Shown piece by piece: positions 8,141 through 17,781 of a stretch of 39,828 bases of DNA. Every line of letters starts with the position of its first letter. Position 1 is the stretch's first letter. This DNA is from a virus (lineage: Duplodnaviria; Caudoviricetes), in IMG/VR virus record IMGVR_UViG_3300050190_000042, positions 1 through 39,828 of that record. One strand, given 5' to 3'. A program made the translations under genes and the position numbers. Under the pieces are notes generated by a model. It saw only the letters and a list, made by a program, of their open reading frames with translations. It ran no database searches and was not told the origin of the DNA.

Positions 8141-8778
8141 GCAAGGTTATAGCAATTATTGGAGAGTCCGGAGCAGGAAAAACAACATCAATGCGCAATC
8201 TTGACCCTAAAATCACATTCTATTTTGATTGTGACAAAAAAGGTCTGTCGTGGAAAGGGTGGAAACAGCAGTACAATTCCACAAATAAAAATTATAAGGC
8301 GACAAGTGACGCTAAATACATACTGGCTGCATTGCACGGAATAAGCGAAAAAAGCCCACAGGTCAAAGTCGTTATTATCGACACAATTAACGGGATAATG
8401 ATTGACGATGAATTCGACAGGGCAAAAGAAAAAGGATATGACAAGTGGCAAGACCTCGCCGCCTCAGTATGGGGGCTTGTGAGCGAAGCACACAACCTAA
8501 GAGATGACCTAACGGTTATCTTTACAGCACACACGCAAACAGAGCGTGACGACAGCGGATTTGCTTTCACCCGAATTAAAACGTCAGGCAAAAAGCTTGA
8601 CAAGATTGTCCTTGAAAGTAAATTTACAACCGTGCTTATTGCAAGGGCTATTGATGGAAAATACATACTCGAAACTCACGCAAAAAACAGCACAGCAAAG
8701 TCACCTATGGGAAGTTTTACCGAAGACGAGATACCGAACGATATTGTCGATGTACTAAAGAAATTGGAGGAATATTAA
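8137..8778 (+). CDS. AAA ATPase, Sak4-like recombinase
   Basis: Walker A GESGAGKT, Walker B VVIID, AKSP motif; adjacent SSB-like gene. Confidence 0.8.
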   Translation: MSKVIAIIGESGAGKTTSMRNLDPKITFYFDCDKKGLSWKGWKQQYNSTNKNYKATSDAKYILAALHGISEKSPQVKVVIIDTINGIMIDDEFDRAKEKGYDKWQDLAASVWGLVSEAHNLRDDLTVIFTAHTQTERDDSGFAFTRIKTSGKKLDKIVLESKFTTVLIARAIDGKYILETHAKNSTAKSPMGSFTEDEIPNDIVDVLKKLEEY

Positions 8779-8779
8779 A

Positions 8780-9355
8780 ATGAACGAACCACAAGGATGG
8801 AATACAGCAGAAGCTTTTACAGGCGATTTTGAAACCTTACCGCTCGGCGGTCATGTCTGCATCATCAAGGGTGCAAGGATAGAAGAAACTGCAAGCGGCA
8901 GTGAGATGCTCGTAGTGGCGTTTGATATTAACGACGGGAATAAATATGACGGATATTTTAAACGTCAGCATGAGCATAAGAAGCAGTCCGTACCAGATGC
9001 AAAATGGCCTAACGGCGGCACATACCGCCAGTTTACCAAAAACAAAGACGGCACCGCAAACAGCTTTTTTAAGGGAATGATCACTTGCATTGAAAAGTCA
9101 AACGCTAATTTCAAATTTAATTTTGATGAAAAAACCTTGACCGGAAAACTGTTTGGCGGAGTGTTTGGACGTGAGCAGTTTGAGAGTGATGATGGCCTAA
9201 AATGGTCAACTAAATGCGTTTCAATTCGTTCAACCGAAACCATTAATAAGGGCGTTGAAATACCTGCGGACAAGTTGGTAAAGGGCGCTACACAGCCTCA
9301 AGGGTTGCCGGAGGGATATACGGAGATTGCGGGTGACGATGATCTTCCTTTCTAA
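8780..9355 (+). CDS. Single-stranded DNA-binding protein (DUF669-like)
   Basis: Acidic C-terminal DDDLPF; follows Sak4-like gene. Confidence 0.75.
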   Translation: MNEPQGWNTAEAFTGDFETLPLGGHVCIIKGARIEETASGSEMLVVAFDINDGNKYDGYFKRQHEHKKQSVPDAKWPNGGTYRQFTKNKDGTANSFFKGMITCIEKSNANFKFNFDEKTLTGKLFGGVFGREQFESDDGLKWSTKCVSIRSTETINKGVEIPADKLVKGATQPQGLPEGYTEIAGDDDLPF

Positions 9356-9398
9356 ATCAAACGCTATGGGCGGCTAATCCCGCCCGAAAGGAGCAAAC

Positions 9399-9902
9399 AT
9401 GAACGAGATTTGGGAAGACATCAAAGGATGCGAAGGGTTATATCAAGTTAGTGACAAGGGTCGCGTAAAAAGCTTTTGGTATGGGAGAACCAAAATACTT
9501 AAGTTAAGAACGCTTGGAAATTATTTTGGGGTTTCTTTGCGTAATGGAGCGAGTAAAAAGAATAAAACAATACACAGACTTGTGGCTGAAACTTTTTTAA
9601 AAAACGAAAACAGCTATCCGTGCATTAACCATAAAGATGAAAACAAATCAAATAATAATGCCACAAATCTCGAATGGTGCACTTATTCCTACAACAATGG
9701 ATATGGGACAAAACCAATCATACAAACGCTTAAAGTAGGAAAATCTATAAACCAGTATAGTAAAAATGGAACACGCATAAAAACATGGGATAGTATTTTA
9801 AGTGTCGAAAAAATATGCGGAATTAATAATTCCAATATCTCACAATGTTGCCAAGGAAAAAGAAAAACAGTTGGAGGATTTATATGGAGGTATGCCGAAT
9901 GA
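9399..9902 (+). CDS. NUMOD4-HNH homing endonuclease
   Basis: EIWEDIKG.EGLYQVSDKGRVKS; HRLVAETF...INHKDENKSNN...NLEW; NUMOD1-like C terminus. Confidence 0.9.
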   Translation: MNEIWEDIKGCEGLYQVSDKGRVKSFWYGRTKILKLRTLGNYFGVSLRNGASKKNKTIHRLVAETFLKNENSYPCINHKDENKSNNNATNLEWCTYSYNNGYGTKPIIQTLKVGKSINQYSKNGTRIKTWDSILSVEKICGINNSNISQCCQGKRKTVGGFIWRYAE

Positions 9903-10312
9903 TTGACGAGATTGAAAAGGCAATAGAAGTTTTTGAATCCGAGAAAAAATGTTGGGAACGTGAATGTTGTGATTGTAAAGCTGAGAACAAAGGGTGTTAC
10001 CTTTCCACAACTGATTTCATTTATGCCGAAGCTCGTGACGTTGCACTCCAAGTCCTCCGCTCCCAACTCACCCGTGAGAAGAATGAGCCGCTAACGCTTG
10101 AGGAATTAAAGGGGATGGAGAGATCGCCGATATGGACAATTACCAAAGGTGTGAACGGCTCTGGAAGGTGGGAACTGTTTGAATTTACAACATTGCGAAT
10201 TTGCCCTCTTAAAAAGGTTTTGACACTCATTAATTTAGACGAAGGTGCAACAGACTATGATATTGAAACATACGCCAAAACGTGGTTTGCCTACCGCAAG
10301 CCCAATAAATAA
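9899..10312 (+). CDS. Hypothetical phage protein
   Basis: GGAGG RBS; NEPLTLEEL...TWFAYR motif common in Clostridia prophages. Confidence 0.65.
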   Translation: MIDEIEKAIEVFESEKKCWERECCDCKAENKGCYLSTTDFIYAEARDVALQVLRSQLTREKNEPLTLEELKGMERSPIWTITKGVNGSGRWELFEFTTLRICPLKKVLTLINLDEGATDYDIETYAKTWFAYRKPNK

Positions 10313-10352
10313 TACAATCCGTATATTTCGGTGGAGGAATGGGGGGGGTTAA

Positions 10353-11228
10353 TTGAAAGTGGGCTTGTGGAATGACGATCATAATTTTCCCAATCTTGCA
10401 ACCATGAAATTGTCTGCTTATCACAAGGCAAAAGGTGACAAAGTTGAGTTGTTAGATCACCTGAATACATACGATCTTGTTTATTGCTCAAAAGTGTTTG
10501 ATTTTACAGCTGATGCGGAAGATGGTGCAATAATCAGGGCAGATAAGATTATTAGAGCAGGAAGCGGATATCACAACTATACTGACAATCTGCCCCCTGA
10601 GATTGAGCACCTTTATCCCGACTATGGGCTTTATCCGCAATATAAAGAGGCATATGGATATTTAACAAGGGGATGTCCGAGGGGATGCTCATTTTGTATC
10701 GTTGCAGATAAAGAGGGCAGAAAGAGTGTACACGTTGCAGATTTATCGGAGTTTTGGAGAGGGCAAAAGGAAATTAAGTTACTCGACCCGAACCTTTTGG
10801 CCTGTAAAGACCACGAGCGGATTTTAAAGCAGTTGGCTGATTGTGGAGCATGGATAGACATTACGCAAGGTTTTGATATCCGATTTGTAACTCCTGAAAA
10901 TATGCCACTTATAAACAAGATTAAAGTTAAAATGCTTCACTTCGCATGGGATAACCCAAAAGACGATCTGACAAAGCAGTTTGAATTTTTCAAAGCTCAC
11001 ACGGTTTTAGACTGGCACAAATTGAGAGTTTACGTGCTTGTCAATTTTAATAGTACCCACGAACAAGACTTATATCGGATATATAGACTGCGAGAATTAG
11101 GATTTGACCCTTTTGTAATGATTTTTGACAAGTTACACGCAAGCAAGCAAGTGAAGCAACTTGCGAGATGGGTAGACAATAAATGGATTTTCAGATCATG
11201 TGCAAAATTTGAGGATTACAAAGGGTAA
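10353..11228 (+). CDS. Radical SAM protein
   Basis: TRGCPRGCSFC (CxxxCxxC); FPNLA.MK N terminus. Confidence 0.85.
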   Translation: MKVGLWNDDHNFPNLATMKLSAYHKAKGDKVELLDHLNTYDLVYCSKVFDFTADAEDGAIIRADKIIRAGSGYHNYTDNLPPEIEHLYPDYGLYPQYKEAYGYLTRGCPRGCSFCIVADKEGRKSVHVADLSEFWRGQKEIKLLDPNLLACKDHERILKQLADCGAWIDITQGFDIRFVTPENMPLINKIKVKMLHFAWDNPKDDLTKQFEFFKAHTVLDWHKLRVYVLVNFNSTHEQDLYRIYRLRELGFDPFVMIFDKLHASKQVKQLARWVDNKWIFRSCAKFEDYKG

Positions 11229-11274
11229 AACCGTGCTAACAATTTATTTCAAACTGAATGGGGGTGATTAAAAT

Positions 11275-12039
11275 TTGCCAAACGAAGGGTACATAAAAGT
11301 ATACAGATCAACGGTAAACAATCCTATTTATACCCAGCCTCCGTTATATTTAAGAGTTTTTGAACGGCTGATAATGGAGGCAAATTATAAATGCGCAAGG
11401 ATACCATTTAATGGGGGAACAAAGTTAGTAAAAAGGGGAGAGAAAATTACTTCTATCCGTCAAATTGCCGAATGGGTTGGATGGTATGAAAGAGGAATTT
11501 TTAAGGTTTCAAATCCCAAAACCATATCAGAAATCTTGAATTGGCTCATAGAAAACAAGATGATTGAACTACTCGATAGAGGTAACGCCCAAGTAACACA
11601 CTACAACATAGTAAACTACTGCATTTATCAGTCGTCAGATAGCACAGAAGTAACAGTAGACGGAGCGGTAAGTATACAGTGGCTGGATACAAACAAGAAG
11701 GGTAATAAAGTAAAGAAGGTAAAGAAGGTAACTACTATACCCCCTATACCCCCTCAAAAATCTTCTTACGGCGAAAGCAAAAACATAACTTTGCTGGCGG
11801 TAGAGTTTGAAAAATTAAATACTGAATTTGGAGCAGACAAAACAAAAAGGGCAATTGAGTTTTTATCGTCTTACAAAATTGAAAAACCAAACTATAAAAC
11901 CGCAAGCGATTATTTGACAATGCGGAGATGGGTATTTAAGGCAATTGAAAAAGACGAAAAGGACAAGCCACAAAAAACCGACTACTCAAACCCTGACCGC
12001 TATAAAAATGCAGAAAGTGAGGATGATGCTTTTGGATAA
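11275..12039 (+). CDS. Phage replication initiator / replisome organiser
   Basis: EGYIKVYR N terminus, central low-complexity repeats, upstream of DnaC-like loader. Confidence 0.75.
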   Translation: MPNEGYIKVYRSTVNNPIYTQPPLYLRVFERLIMEANYKCARIPFNGGTKLVKRGEKITSIRQIAEWVGWYERGIFKVSNPKTISEILNWLIENKMIELLDRGNAQVTHYNIVNYCIYQSSDSTEVTVDGAVSIQWLDTNKKGNKVKKVKKVTTIPPIPPQKSSYGESKNITLLAVEFEKLNTEFGADKTKRAIEFLSSYKIEKPNYKTASDYLTMRRWVFKAIEKDEKDKPQKTDYSNPDRYKNAESEDDAFG

Positions 12040-12790
12040 TATTACATCTGAAACAATAGTGACTGATGAAAAATGTCTTGATTGCGGCAGACCCTTAGAA
12101 ATCGGCATACTCAATCTTTTTGGCAAAAAGCAGGAATATAAGATAACCTGCCAATGTGTCATTGATAAGCGAGAGGCCGAGAAAAAAGAGCAGGAAGCCG
12201 AGGATCGCCGCCACTACATATCAGATTTAAGGCACGACAGCGGATTGCCCTTGAAATGGCTAAGAGTATCGCTTGATAACTTTGAACCCCGCAACGGCAC
12301 AGAGAGAGCACACAAGGCGTGTTGCAATTATGCCGAGCAATTTTCGAGTTTGCAGAGCCGAGGAATAGGCATGTACCTTTTTGGGACAAGCGGAGGTGGT
12401 AAATCAAGGCTGGCCGCGTCGGTAGCAAATAAAATTATTGACAAGGGTATTTTGGTGCGCTGGTGGAACGTGACAAGCTTATATCTTACAATCCAAAGGA
12501 CATTCCGCAACGACTACAGAGACCCTGACATCTTAGAGGATTGCACGCGCGCGGGTCTTTTAATCCTTGACGACATGGGGGCTGAAAAGCCGTCTGAGTG
12601 GACTATGGCAACCATGTACGACATTATCAACAGCCGAATTGAAAACGTGCTGCCAACGATTATAACCAGCAACCTGACCTTTGAGGAACTCGAAAAGAAA
12701 GTTGACAGCCGCGTAATGAGCCGTTTGAGTGACAAGGATATTTTTCCGAGGATTGCAAATACGGCGGCAGACTACAGGAGGCAGAAGTGA
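12023..12790 (+). CDS. DnaC/IstB-like helicase loader ATPase
   Basis: Zn motif, GTSGGGKS, LLILDDMG.E, IIN.R, TIITSN, DYR. Confidence 0.9.
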   Translation: MMLLDNITSETIVTDEKCLDCGRPLEIGILNLFGKKQEYKITCQCVIDKREAEKKEQEAEDRRHYISDLRHDSGLPLKWLRVSLDNFEPRNGTERAHKACCNYAEQFSSLQSRGIGMYLFGTSGGGKSRLAASVANKIIDKGILVRWWNVTSLYLTIQRTFRNDYRDPDILEDCTRAGLLILDDMGAEKPSEWTMATMYDIINSRIENVLPTIITSNLTFEELEKKVDSRVMSRLSDKDIFPRIANTAADYRRQK

Positions 12791-12918
12791 TAACAGACGA
12801 GCAGATCACTGAGTGGACGCGCCGGAGTGTTGAACAGATTATAAATTGCAAGACCGAGGATTTAACACCGCAGGATGTGCTGAGGATTGCGGAGAGCAAG
12901 GCGAGAGGTGAGGAATAA
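12787..12918 (+). CDS. Small hypothetical protein (43 aa)
   Basis: AGGAGG RBS, GTGA overlap. Confidence 0.45.
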   Translation: MITDEQITEWTRRSVEQIINCKTEDLTPQDVLRIAESKARGEE

Positions 12919-13004
12919 CCCCGTCAGCCCCACCACAAGCCCCCACAGCAGATGAATTAGATAAAAGCATGGAACTACACCCTTAAAATTATATCGCCCA
13001 CAGC

Positions 13005-13322
13005 ATGGGCAGAAAGAAGTCACACATGATTTTTCACCTTGACGAACAAGAAATAGGCATAGCAATTAACGCCGCAGATACGTTTGCAGTTGTGACGGTC
13101 ACCGGATACCCTATGTACTTACGAAAACTTGAGCAATTAGCGGCGAAATATCCAGAGGCATATAAATTAACGCACGAAGAAACAGACGAAAATGGAGCGA
13201 TTTATTGCCGACAGTACCACGTTGAAAAGAAATACATAAAATTTGGCAAACCTGCGAGTGAAGCGAGAAAAGAAGTCGGGCGCAGACTTGCCGCAAACAT
13301 GCGGGCAAACAACGATGCATAG
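13005..13322 (+). CDS. Hypothetical phage protein
   Basis: ORF; start uncertain. Confidence 0.55.
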   Translation: MGRKKSHMIFHLDEQEIGIAINAADTFAVVTVTGYPMYLRKLEQLAAKYPEAYKLTHEETDENGAIYCRQYHVEKKYIKFGKPASEARKEVGRRLAANMRANNDA

Positions 13323-13421
13323 GCAATTGCGTGACCGTGGACGAGCTTAAACCCTAAAAGCATGGAAACTACACGGACAAGCAGTCCGAGGTCACACAGC
13401 GCACAAGAGGAGGCGATAGAC

Positions 13422-14261
13422 ACGTTAGTCGAAAATACTTTGTTTGGCGAAGTGGATAAGGTCAAGATTGCCATTGACAGGCTAAAAGCGTTTGAACCGC
13501 CCGAAGGATATTATTTAGCTTTTTCGGGTGGAAAAGATTCGCAATGCATTTATCATTTAGCGATTGAGGCAGGGGTAAAGTTCGACGCTCATTACAACAT
13601 CACCACGGTTGACCCGCCGGAGCTTATTTATTTTATCCGTGACAATTACCCGAACGTGAGCATGGACAGCAGTGGCACAACAATGTGGGAATTGATAGAA
13701 AAAAATGGGTTGCCGACTATGATAATGCGTTTTTGCTGCGCCCGACTTAAAGAGAGAGGCGGAGAGGGCCGAATTTGTGTTACTGGTGTTAGGCGGGAAG
13801 AAAGCACTCAACGCAAAAACCGCGGGCCATTTGAGGTAGTGACTAAGCGTAAACAAGATAAGGCATTATTTAATGACAACGATGAGGATAGACAATTGTT
13901 TGAAAACTGTACTGTCAAAGGTAAGCGAATTGTAAACCCCATTATTGACTGGCTTGAAACAGATGTTTGGGATTATCTGAATGGTCGGCACTTACCGCAT
14001 TGTTGCCTTTACGACCAAGGATATACACGTTTAGGATGTATCGGATGCCCTTTTTCAAAAATGTCAGGCAGATTAAGAGATTTTAAAAGAAACCCTAAAT
14101 TTCAGGATAGTTATTTAAGGGCGATTAAAAGAAACATCGAATATAGGAAAATGCGAGGTCTTAATGCTTTTAGAAATGGGAAAACCGCCGAAGAAATAAT
14201 GCATTGGTGGATTTATAACTCTGACAAAATAAAACAATGTGACGGTCAAGAAGAGTTTTAA
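13422..14261 (+). CDS. PAPS-reductase-family protein
   Basis: AFSGGKDS PP-loop, FCC..LKE, GVRREES..R, NPIIDW...DVW, RLGCIGCP; start uncertain (ACG 13422 or ATG 13362). Confidence 0.85.
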   Translation, partial: TLVENTLFGEVDKVKIAIDRLKAFEPPEGYYLAFSGGKDSQCIYHLAIEAGVKFDAHYNITTVDPPELIYFIRDNYPNVSMDSSGTTMWELIEKNGLPTMIMRFCCARLKERGGEGRICVTGVRREESTQRKNRGPFEVVTKRKQDKALFNDNDEDRQLFENCTVKGKRIVNPIIDWLETDVWDYLNGRHLPHCCLYDQGYTRLGCIGCPFSKMSGRLRDFKRNPKFQDSYLRAIKRNIEYRKMRGLNAFRNGKTAEEIMHWWIYNSDKIKQCDGQEEF

Positions 14262-14287
14262 TTTACTTTAGATTGAGAGGGAAAAAA

Positions 14288-14446
14288 ATGAATAAACCTA
14301 AATGGTGTCCATTTAGCAAACCGGAGGGAATGGTTTTATGCACAAGAGACGAATGTGCAATATGGGACGAAAAACGAGAGTGCTGCTCTTTTAAGACTAC
14401 GCCAAGTCAGATATTTAGCAGTGAAGCAAAGGAGGGCGCAAATTGA
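14288..14446 (+). CDS. Small Cys-rich protein (52 aa)
   Basis: GAGAGG RBS; CPF...C...C..W...CC. Confidence 0.55.
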   Translation: MNKPKWCPFSKPEGMVLCTRDECAIWDEKRECCSFKTTPSQIFSSEAKEGAN

Positions 14447-14823
14447 TACTATCAATCCCCGGCCAACTCCCCGGCCTGAACGAATACATACACGCCATAA
14501 ATAAAGACCGTCATATCGGGAACAAACTCAAACAAGATACTCAGCAAATTATTGAGTGGGAAATCAAAAGGCAATTACCGCACGTTGCAATCCTCATGCC
14601 TGTCAAAATATTATACAGATGGTATATGAAAGATAAGCGGCGTGACCTTGACAATGTATGCAGCGCGAAGAAATTTATAAACGATTCGCTTGTCGAAATG
14701 GGTGTTATCCCGGACGATGGGCAAAGGTGGGTTACTGCAATCCCTGATGAATTTTACATTGACAAGAAAAATCCAAGAACAGAAATTGAAATTGAAGAAT
14801 TTTTAGGAGGGCAAAATGATTGA
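14443..14823 (+). CDS. RusA-like Holliday junction resolvase
   Basis: RRDLDN...K...DSL...G.IPDD...NPRTEIEI. Confidence 0.85.
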   Translation: MILSIPGQLPGLNEYIHAINKDRHIGNKLKQDTQQIIEWEIKRQLPHVAILMPVKILYRWYMKDKRRDLDNVCSAKKFINDSLVEMGVIPDDGQRWVTAIPDEFYIDKKNPRTEIEIEEFLGGQND

Positions 14824-14998
14824 GAAAAATGGCGGCAAATATCATTTAGTTTGTGATAACTGCGGCGAGGAACATGACGAAGATTTTGATAGTTGGGATG
14901 AGGCGGTAGATTTTAAACGGGAAAGCGACTGGTTTAGTAAAATACATGGTGGCGGATGGGCAGATATATGCCCGAGTTGTGGAGGGGCAGGGAAATGA
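14816..14998 (+). CDS. Small zinc-finger protein
   Basis: CDNCG...CPSC; AGGAGG RBS. Confidence 0.65.
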   Translation: MIEKNGGKYHLVCDNCGEEHDEDFDSWDEAVDFKRESDWFSKIHGGGWADICPSCGGAGK

Positions 14999-15558
14999 TT
15001 AGAGGCGAACTATTCTCGCAGGATATGGTCAAGGCGTTTTTGGAAAATCGGAAAAGCAGGACAAGCAGACCCATTAAGCCACAACCAACAAGACCATATT
15101 GGTGTGGTATCGGTCATGGTTGGGATGATGGGCACGGATATGAGATTAAGCCCAAACACAGCGTCGGAGATGTCATTTATGTGAGGGAAACGTGGCAATA
15201 TGGGCCGGGAGAAAATGGGCCATACGTTTATAAAGCATCTCCTGAATTGTCACACTACAACCCAAATATACCAAACGATTATACATGGCACCCCTCTATC
15301 CACATGCCTCGTTCAGCCGCCCGCCTATGGTTCAAGGTGACAGATGTAAAGGTGCAACGGCTGGACGATGTGACCGAGCAGGACGCGGTTGAGGATGGGT
15401 TTGAGACCACCGCCGGAAAAGATGGAATTTCGATAGAATTTACCGCACTTATGAATTTTAAGCGTTTTTGGAAAGCGCAATATGGCCCCGATACAAAATG
15501 GATGTGGGTTTATTACCTACAGCCGGTCACAAAAGAGGAAGCGTTAAAGGATGAATGA
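14995..15558 (+). CDS. ASCH/PUA-like phage protein
   Basis: GDVIYVRETW...W.PSIHMPRSAARL...TDVKVQRL.DV...DA..DG. Confidence 0.75.
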   Translation: MIRGELFSQDMVKAFLENRKSRTSRPIKPQPTRPYWCGIGHGWDDGHGYEIKPKHSVGDVIYVRETWQYGPGENGPYVYKASPELSHYNPNIPNDYTWHPSIHMPRSAARLWFKVTDVKVQRLDDVTEQDAVEDGFETTAGKDGISIEFTALMNFKRFWKAQYGPDTKWMWVYYLQPVTKEEALKDE

Positions 15559-15775
15559 TGAACTTGATTGGGATGAAAAGATTTCAGCTTTTTTTCTTGA
15601 ATATGTGAAACCCCAAAAAGACGCATACACGCCAAATGGGAACTTAACATTTACGGCAATTCGAGTAGCTGTTAAATTGCTTTTGAAAGAAAACGTGTTT
15701 TCGTCGAAGAATGACATGAAATTTGAAGCAATGAAAGATTACAAGATCGTGCTACCGGAAACAATTTTTGAATAG
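15551..15775 (+). CDS. Hypothetical protein
   Basis: Coupled ORF. Confidence 0.55.
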   Translation: MNDELDWDEKISAFFLEYVKPQKDAYTPNGNLTFTAIRVAVKLLLKENVFSSKNDMKFEAMKDYKIVLPETIFE

Positions 15776-15785
15776 GAGGCCACCC

Positions 15786-16430
15786 ATGACAAGTAAAATG
15801 GCACCGGCAGAGATAGCGGAGAGGCTTGAATGGATTTTACAAAATGCAAATATCGCTGGTGTAATAGACGGTATTGACCGTATGGCTTTGTCGGAAGCCG
15901 CCGAGATAGTCAGAAAGGTTGAGCGGGGCGAACTGGTGGATATTGTGAGGTGCGGGAGCTGCAAACGTTATAATTCAACAAATTGCCCCGCATGGAACGA
16001 ATGTACAAAATCAACCGCAAATTATATGACGTTTTGCAATGCGGGCGAACGAAAGGACGGCGAAGAAAAGCTGAAAGACCACAGACTGTATAAGTTTTAT
16101 TACGGTGAGCAGTGCGTTTATTTGGGCAGAACCAGTCAAGATTTTAAGAACAGATTAAGAGGGCATTTTTTTAAAAAGCCGATGCACAGAGCGATTAACA
16201 TAAATTTGGTTACAAAAATCGAAACGGTTGTTTTGCCGACACAGGCCGACATGTTTTTGTATGAGATTTATTACATAAACAAATTAAGACCAGCGCTTAA
16301 CGTTGATGACAAAGCAATCGACGGCTTGGGCTTGACGGTTAATTTGCCGGAACTGGAGTTTCAAGAGTATAAATTAAATTTGCTTGATAAATGGAAATTG
16401 ATTTTAAAGGACGGTGACACCAATGTCTGA
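15786..16430 (+). CDS. Cys-rich phage domain fused to a GIY-YIG nuclease domain
   Basis: LYKFYY...VYLGRT...RL..H...E.YYI...P..N. Confidence 0.7.
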   Translation: MTSKMAPAEIAERLEWILQNANIAGVIDGIDRMALSEAAEIVRKVERGELVDIVRCGSCKRYNSTNCPAWNECTKSTANYMTFCNAGERKDGEEKLKDHRLYKFYYGEQCVYLGRTSQDFKNRLRGHFFKKPMHRAININLVTKIETVVLPTQADMFLYEIYYINKLRPALNVDDKAIDGLGLTVNLPELEFQEYKLNLLDKWKLILKDGDTNV

Positions 16431-16806
16431 CATCTTATCCCGCCTACAATCAGCCTACCAGCGCAATCCTGCCGAGGTACTTAATTTATTGCCTAAGTTT
16501 TTTGACAGCGTGGGGAAAACGGTGATTGAGATGCCATGTGAAGTGGGGGCAGACGCTTACATAATCAGTTCGAATTGCGAAGATAACCACAAAAAAGATC
16601 AAATGTGTTTCTGCTGGGGTAAATCATGTGATAAGTGTGAGAAATCTTATCCTGATATCTTTAAAGTCAAATATCCAACAGAAAGCATAAGAAAAATCAT
16701 CGAGAATATGGGGCTATGCGGAGAAAAAGGCGGATTCGGCAAGACCGTTTTCTTAACCGAGCAATCGGCGAAAGATGCGCTGGAAAGGGGCAAGGAAGAT
16801 GCCTAA
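16423..16806 (+). CDS. Hypothetical phage protein
   Basis: PCEVG...GKTVFLT..A motif common in Firmicute prophages. Confidence 0.65.
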   Translation: MSDILSRLQSAYQRNPAEVLNLLPKFFDSVGKTVIEMPCEVGADAYIISSNCEDNHKKDQMCFCWGKSCDKCEKSYPDIFKVKYPTESIRKIIENMGLCGEKGGFGKTVFLTEQSAKDALERGKEDA

Positions 16807-16963
16807 AACAGTTTATGGATTGATAAAAGAGGCAAGAGAAAATTTAAGGGTAGCAACCAAATATAATGACCCACAATGTGCTCTAATTGCATTTGAAACT
16901 CTCAATAAAGCCATAGATGCCATAGACAACGGCGGCAGCTTAGAAACGGTGGTGAGAAATTGA
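16799..16963 (+). CDS. Hypothetical protein
   Basis: Coupled ORF. Confidence 0.5.
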   Translation: MPKTVYGLIKEARENLRVATKYNDPQCALIAFETLNKAIDAIDNGGSLETVVRN

Positions 16964-17367
16964 CGGAACAAATAATATTTGTGCATCATGCCCCCACACC
17001 CTCACGCAAGCCCGCTTACGAGCCAATGCGCCATGCAACCGATAAAGATAAGACTGAGATAAAACGCCGCTACAGATGCGGAGATTGCCCCCTTGCGATT
17101 GCGTATGATTTAAACATTATGGCTGAGGACATCGAAAAAGTTTTAAAAATAGTGTTTTATCCTGACAAAAGGTTTGCAAAAAAATATTTACACTGTGACA
17201 TAAAACAAACAAGGCGGAAACCGATAACCCGCGAGCTTATCTCCCAAATGATGGATTTATACGGCAGCGGCAAAACATATACCGAGATCGGCAAAATACT
17301 TAAAATACGCCGCCCGACTGTCTACGAAAATATCAAAAAAGAGGCAAAGAAAGCCCCTCGTAATTGA
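16960..17367 (+). CDS. HTH DNA-binding protein
   Basis: C-terminal LY.SGKTYTEIGKILKIRRPTVY HTH. Confidence 0.65.
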   Translation: MTEQIIFVHHAPTPSRKPAYEPMRHATDKDKTEIKRRYRCGDCPLAIAYDLNIMAEDIEKVLKIVFYPDKRFAKKYLHCDIKQTRRKPITRELISQMMDLYGSGKTYTEIGKILKIRRPTVYENIKKEAKKAPRN

Positions 17368-17376
17368 GGGGGCTTG
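17350..17376. terminator. Terminator hairpin ending the early operon
   Basis: AAGCCCCTC-GTAATT-GAGGGGGCTT. Confidence 0.6.
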
Positions 17377-17481
17377 CATCTTAAAAGTTTTAGCAATATA
17401 ATTTAATCAATGATATGATATCAGCGGCTCTGGAGCAGTACACGGGGCTTGAGGGGTTGAGGTTGAAAGGGGATAACGCTC

Positions 17482-17724
17482 ATGAAATGGGTTGACGTAA
17501 AAATAGCCCTTGAAACAAACGGGAAATGCAGCATCAACAATTACATATTTACGCTAAATCAAAGAAAAGACAAAATCGGTAGAACTTTCACCAGAATTGA
17601 AATGCATGAGATTGACACTAAAATTCCAGGCTCTGATGAAAACTGGATTATGCTTTCTCCCGGGTTTAACTCATATGATAAGTTTAGGTATTGGCTTGCG
17701 CAGCATCAATACATAGAGGATTAG
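17482..17724 (+). CDS. Hypothetical protein (moron-like)
   Basis: GAAAGGGG RBS; between two terminator hairpins. Confidence 0.6.
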   Translation: MKWVDVKIALETNGKCSINNYIFTLNQRKDKIGRTFTRIEMHEIDTKIPGSDENWIMLSPGFNSYDKFRYWLAQHQYIED

Positions 17725-17781
17725 ATTAAAGGCAGTCTCTTAATTGAGGCGGTCTCTTTTTTATAAAGTAAAGACCCCCGA

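Noticed and set aside
9399-9902. Group I intron around the HNH or GIY-YIG genes
   Set aside because: Flanking genes are complete and uninterrupted; both endonucleases appear free-standing
17440-17475. GGTTGAAAG resembling a CRISPR repeat 3' end
   Set aside because: No repeat-like stem or 5' GTC/GTT start; it overlaps the RBS of ORF 17482
2552-17750. Shared CTC-(T/G)TAATT-GAG loop in three terminators (about 2553, 17357, 17737)
   Set aside because: Looks like a common terminator loop style; no evidence of a separate function
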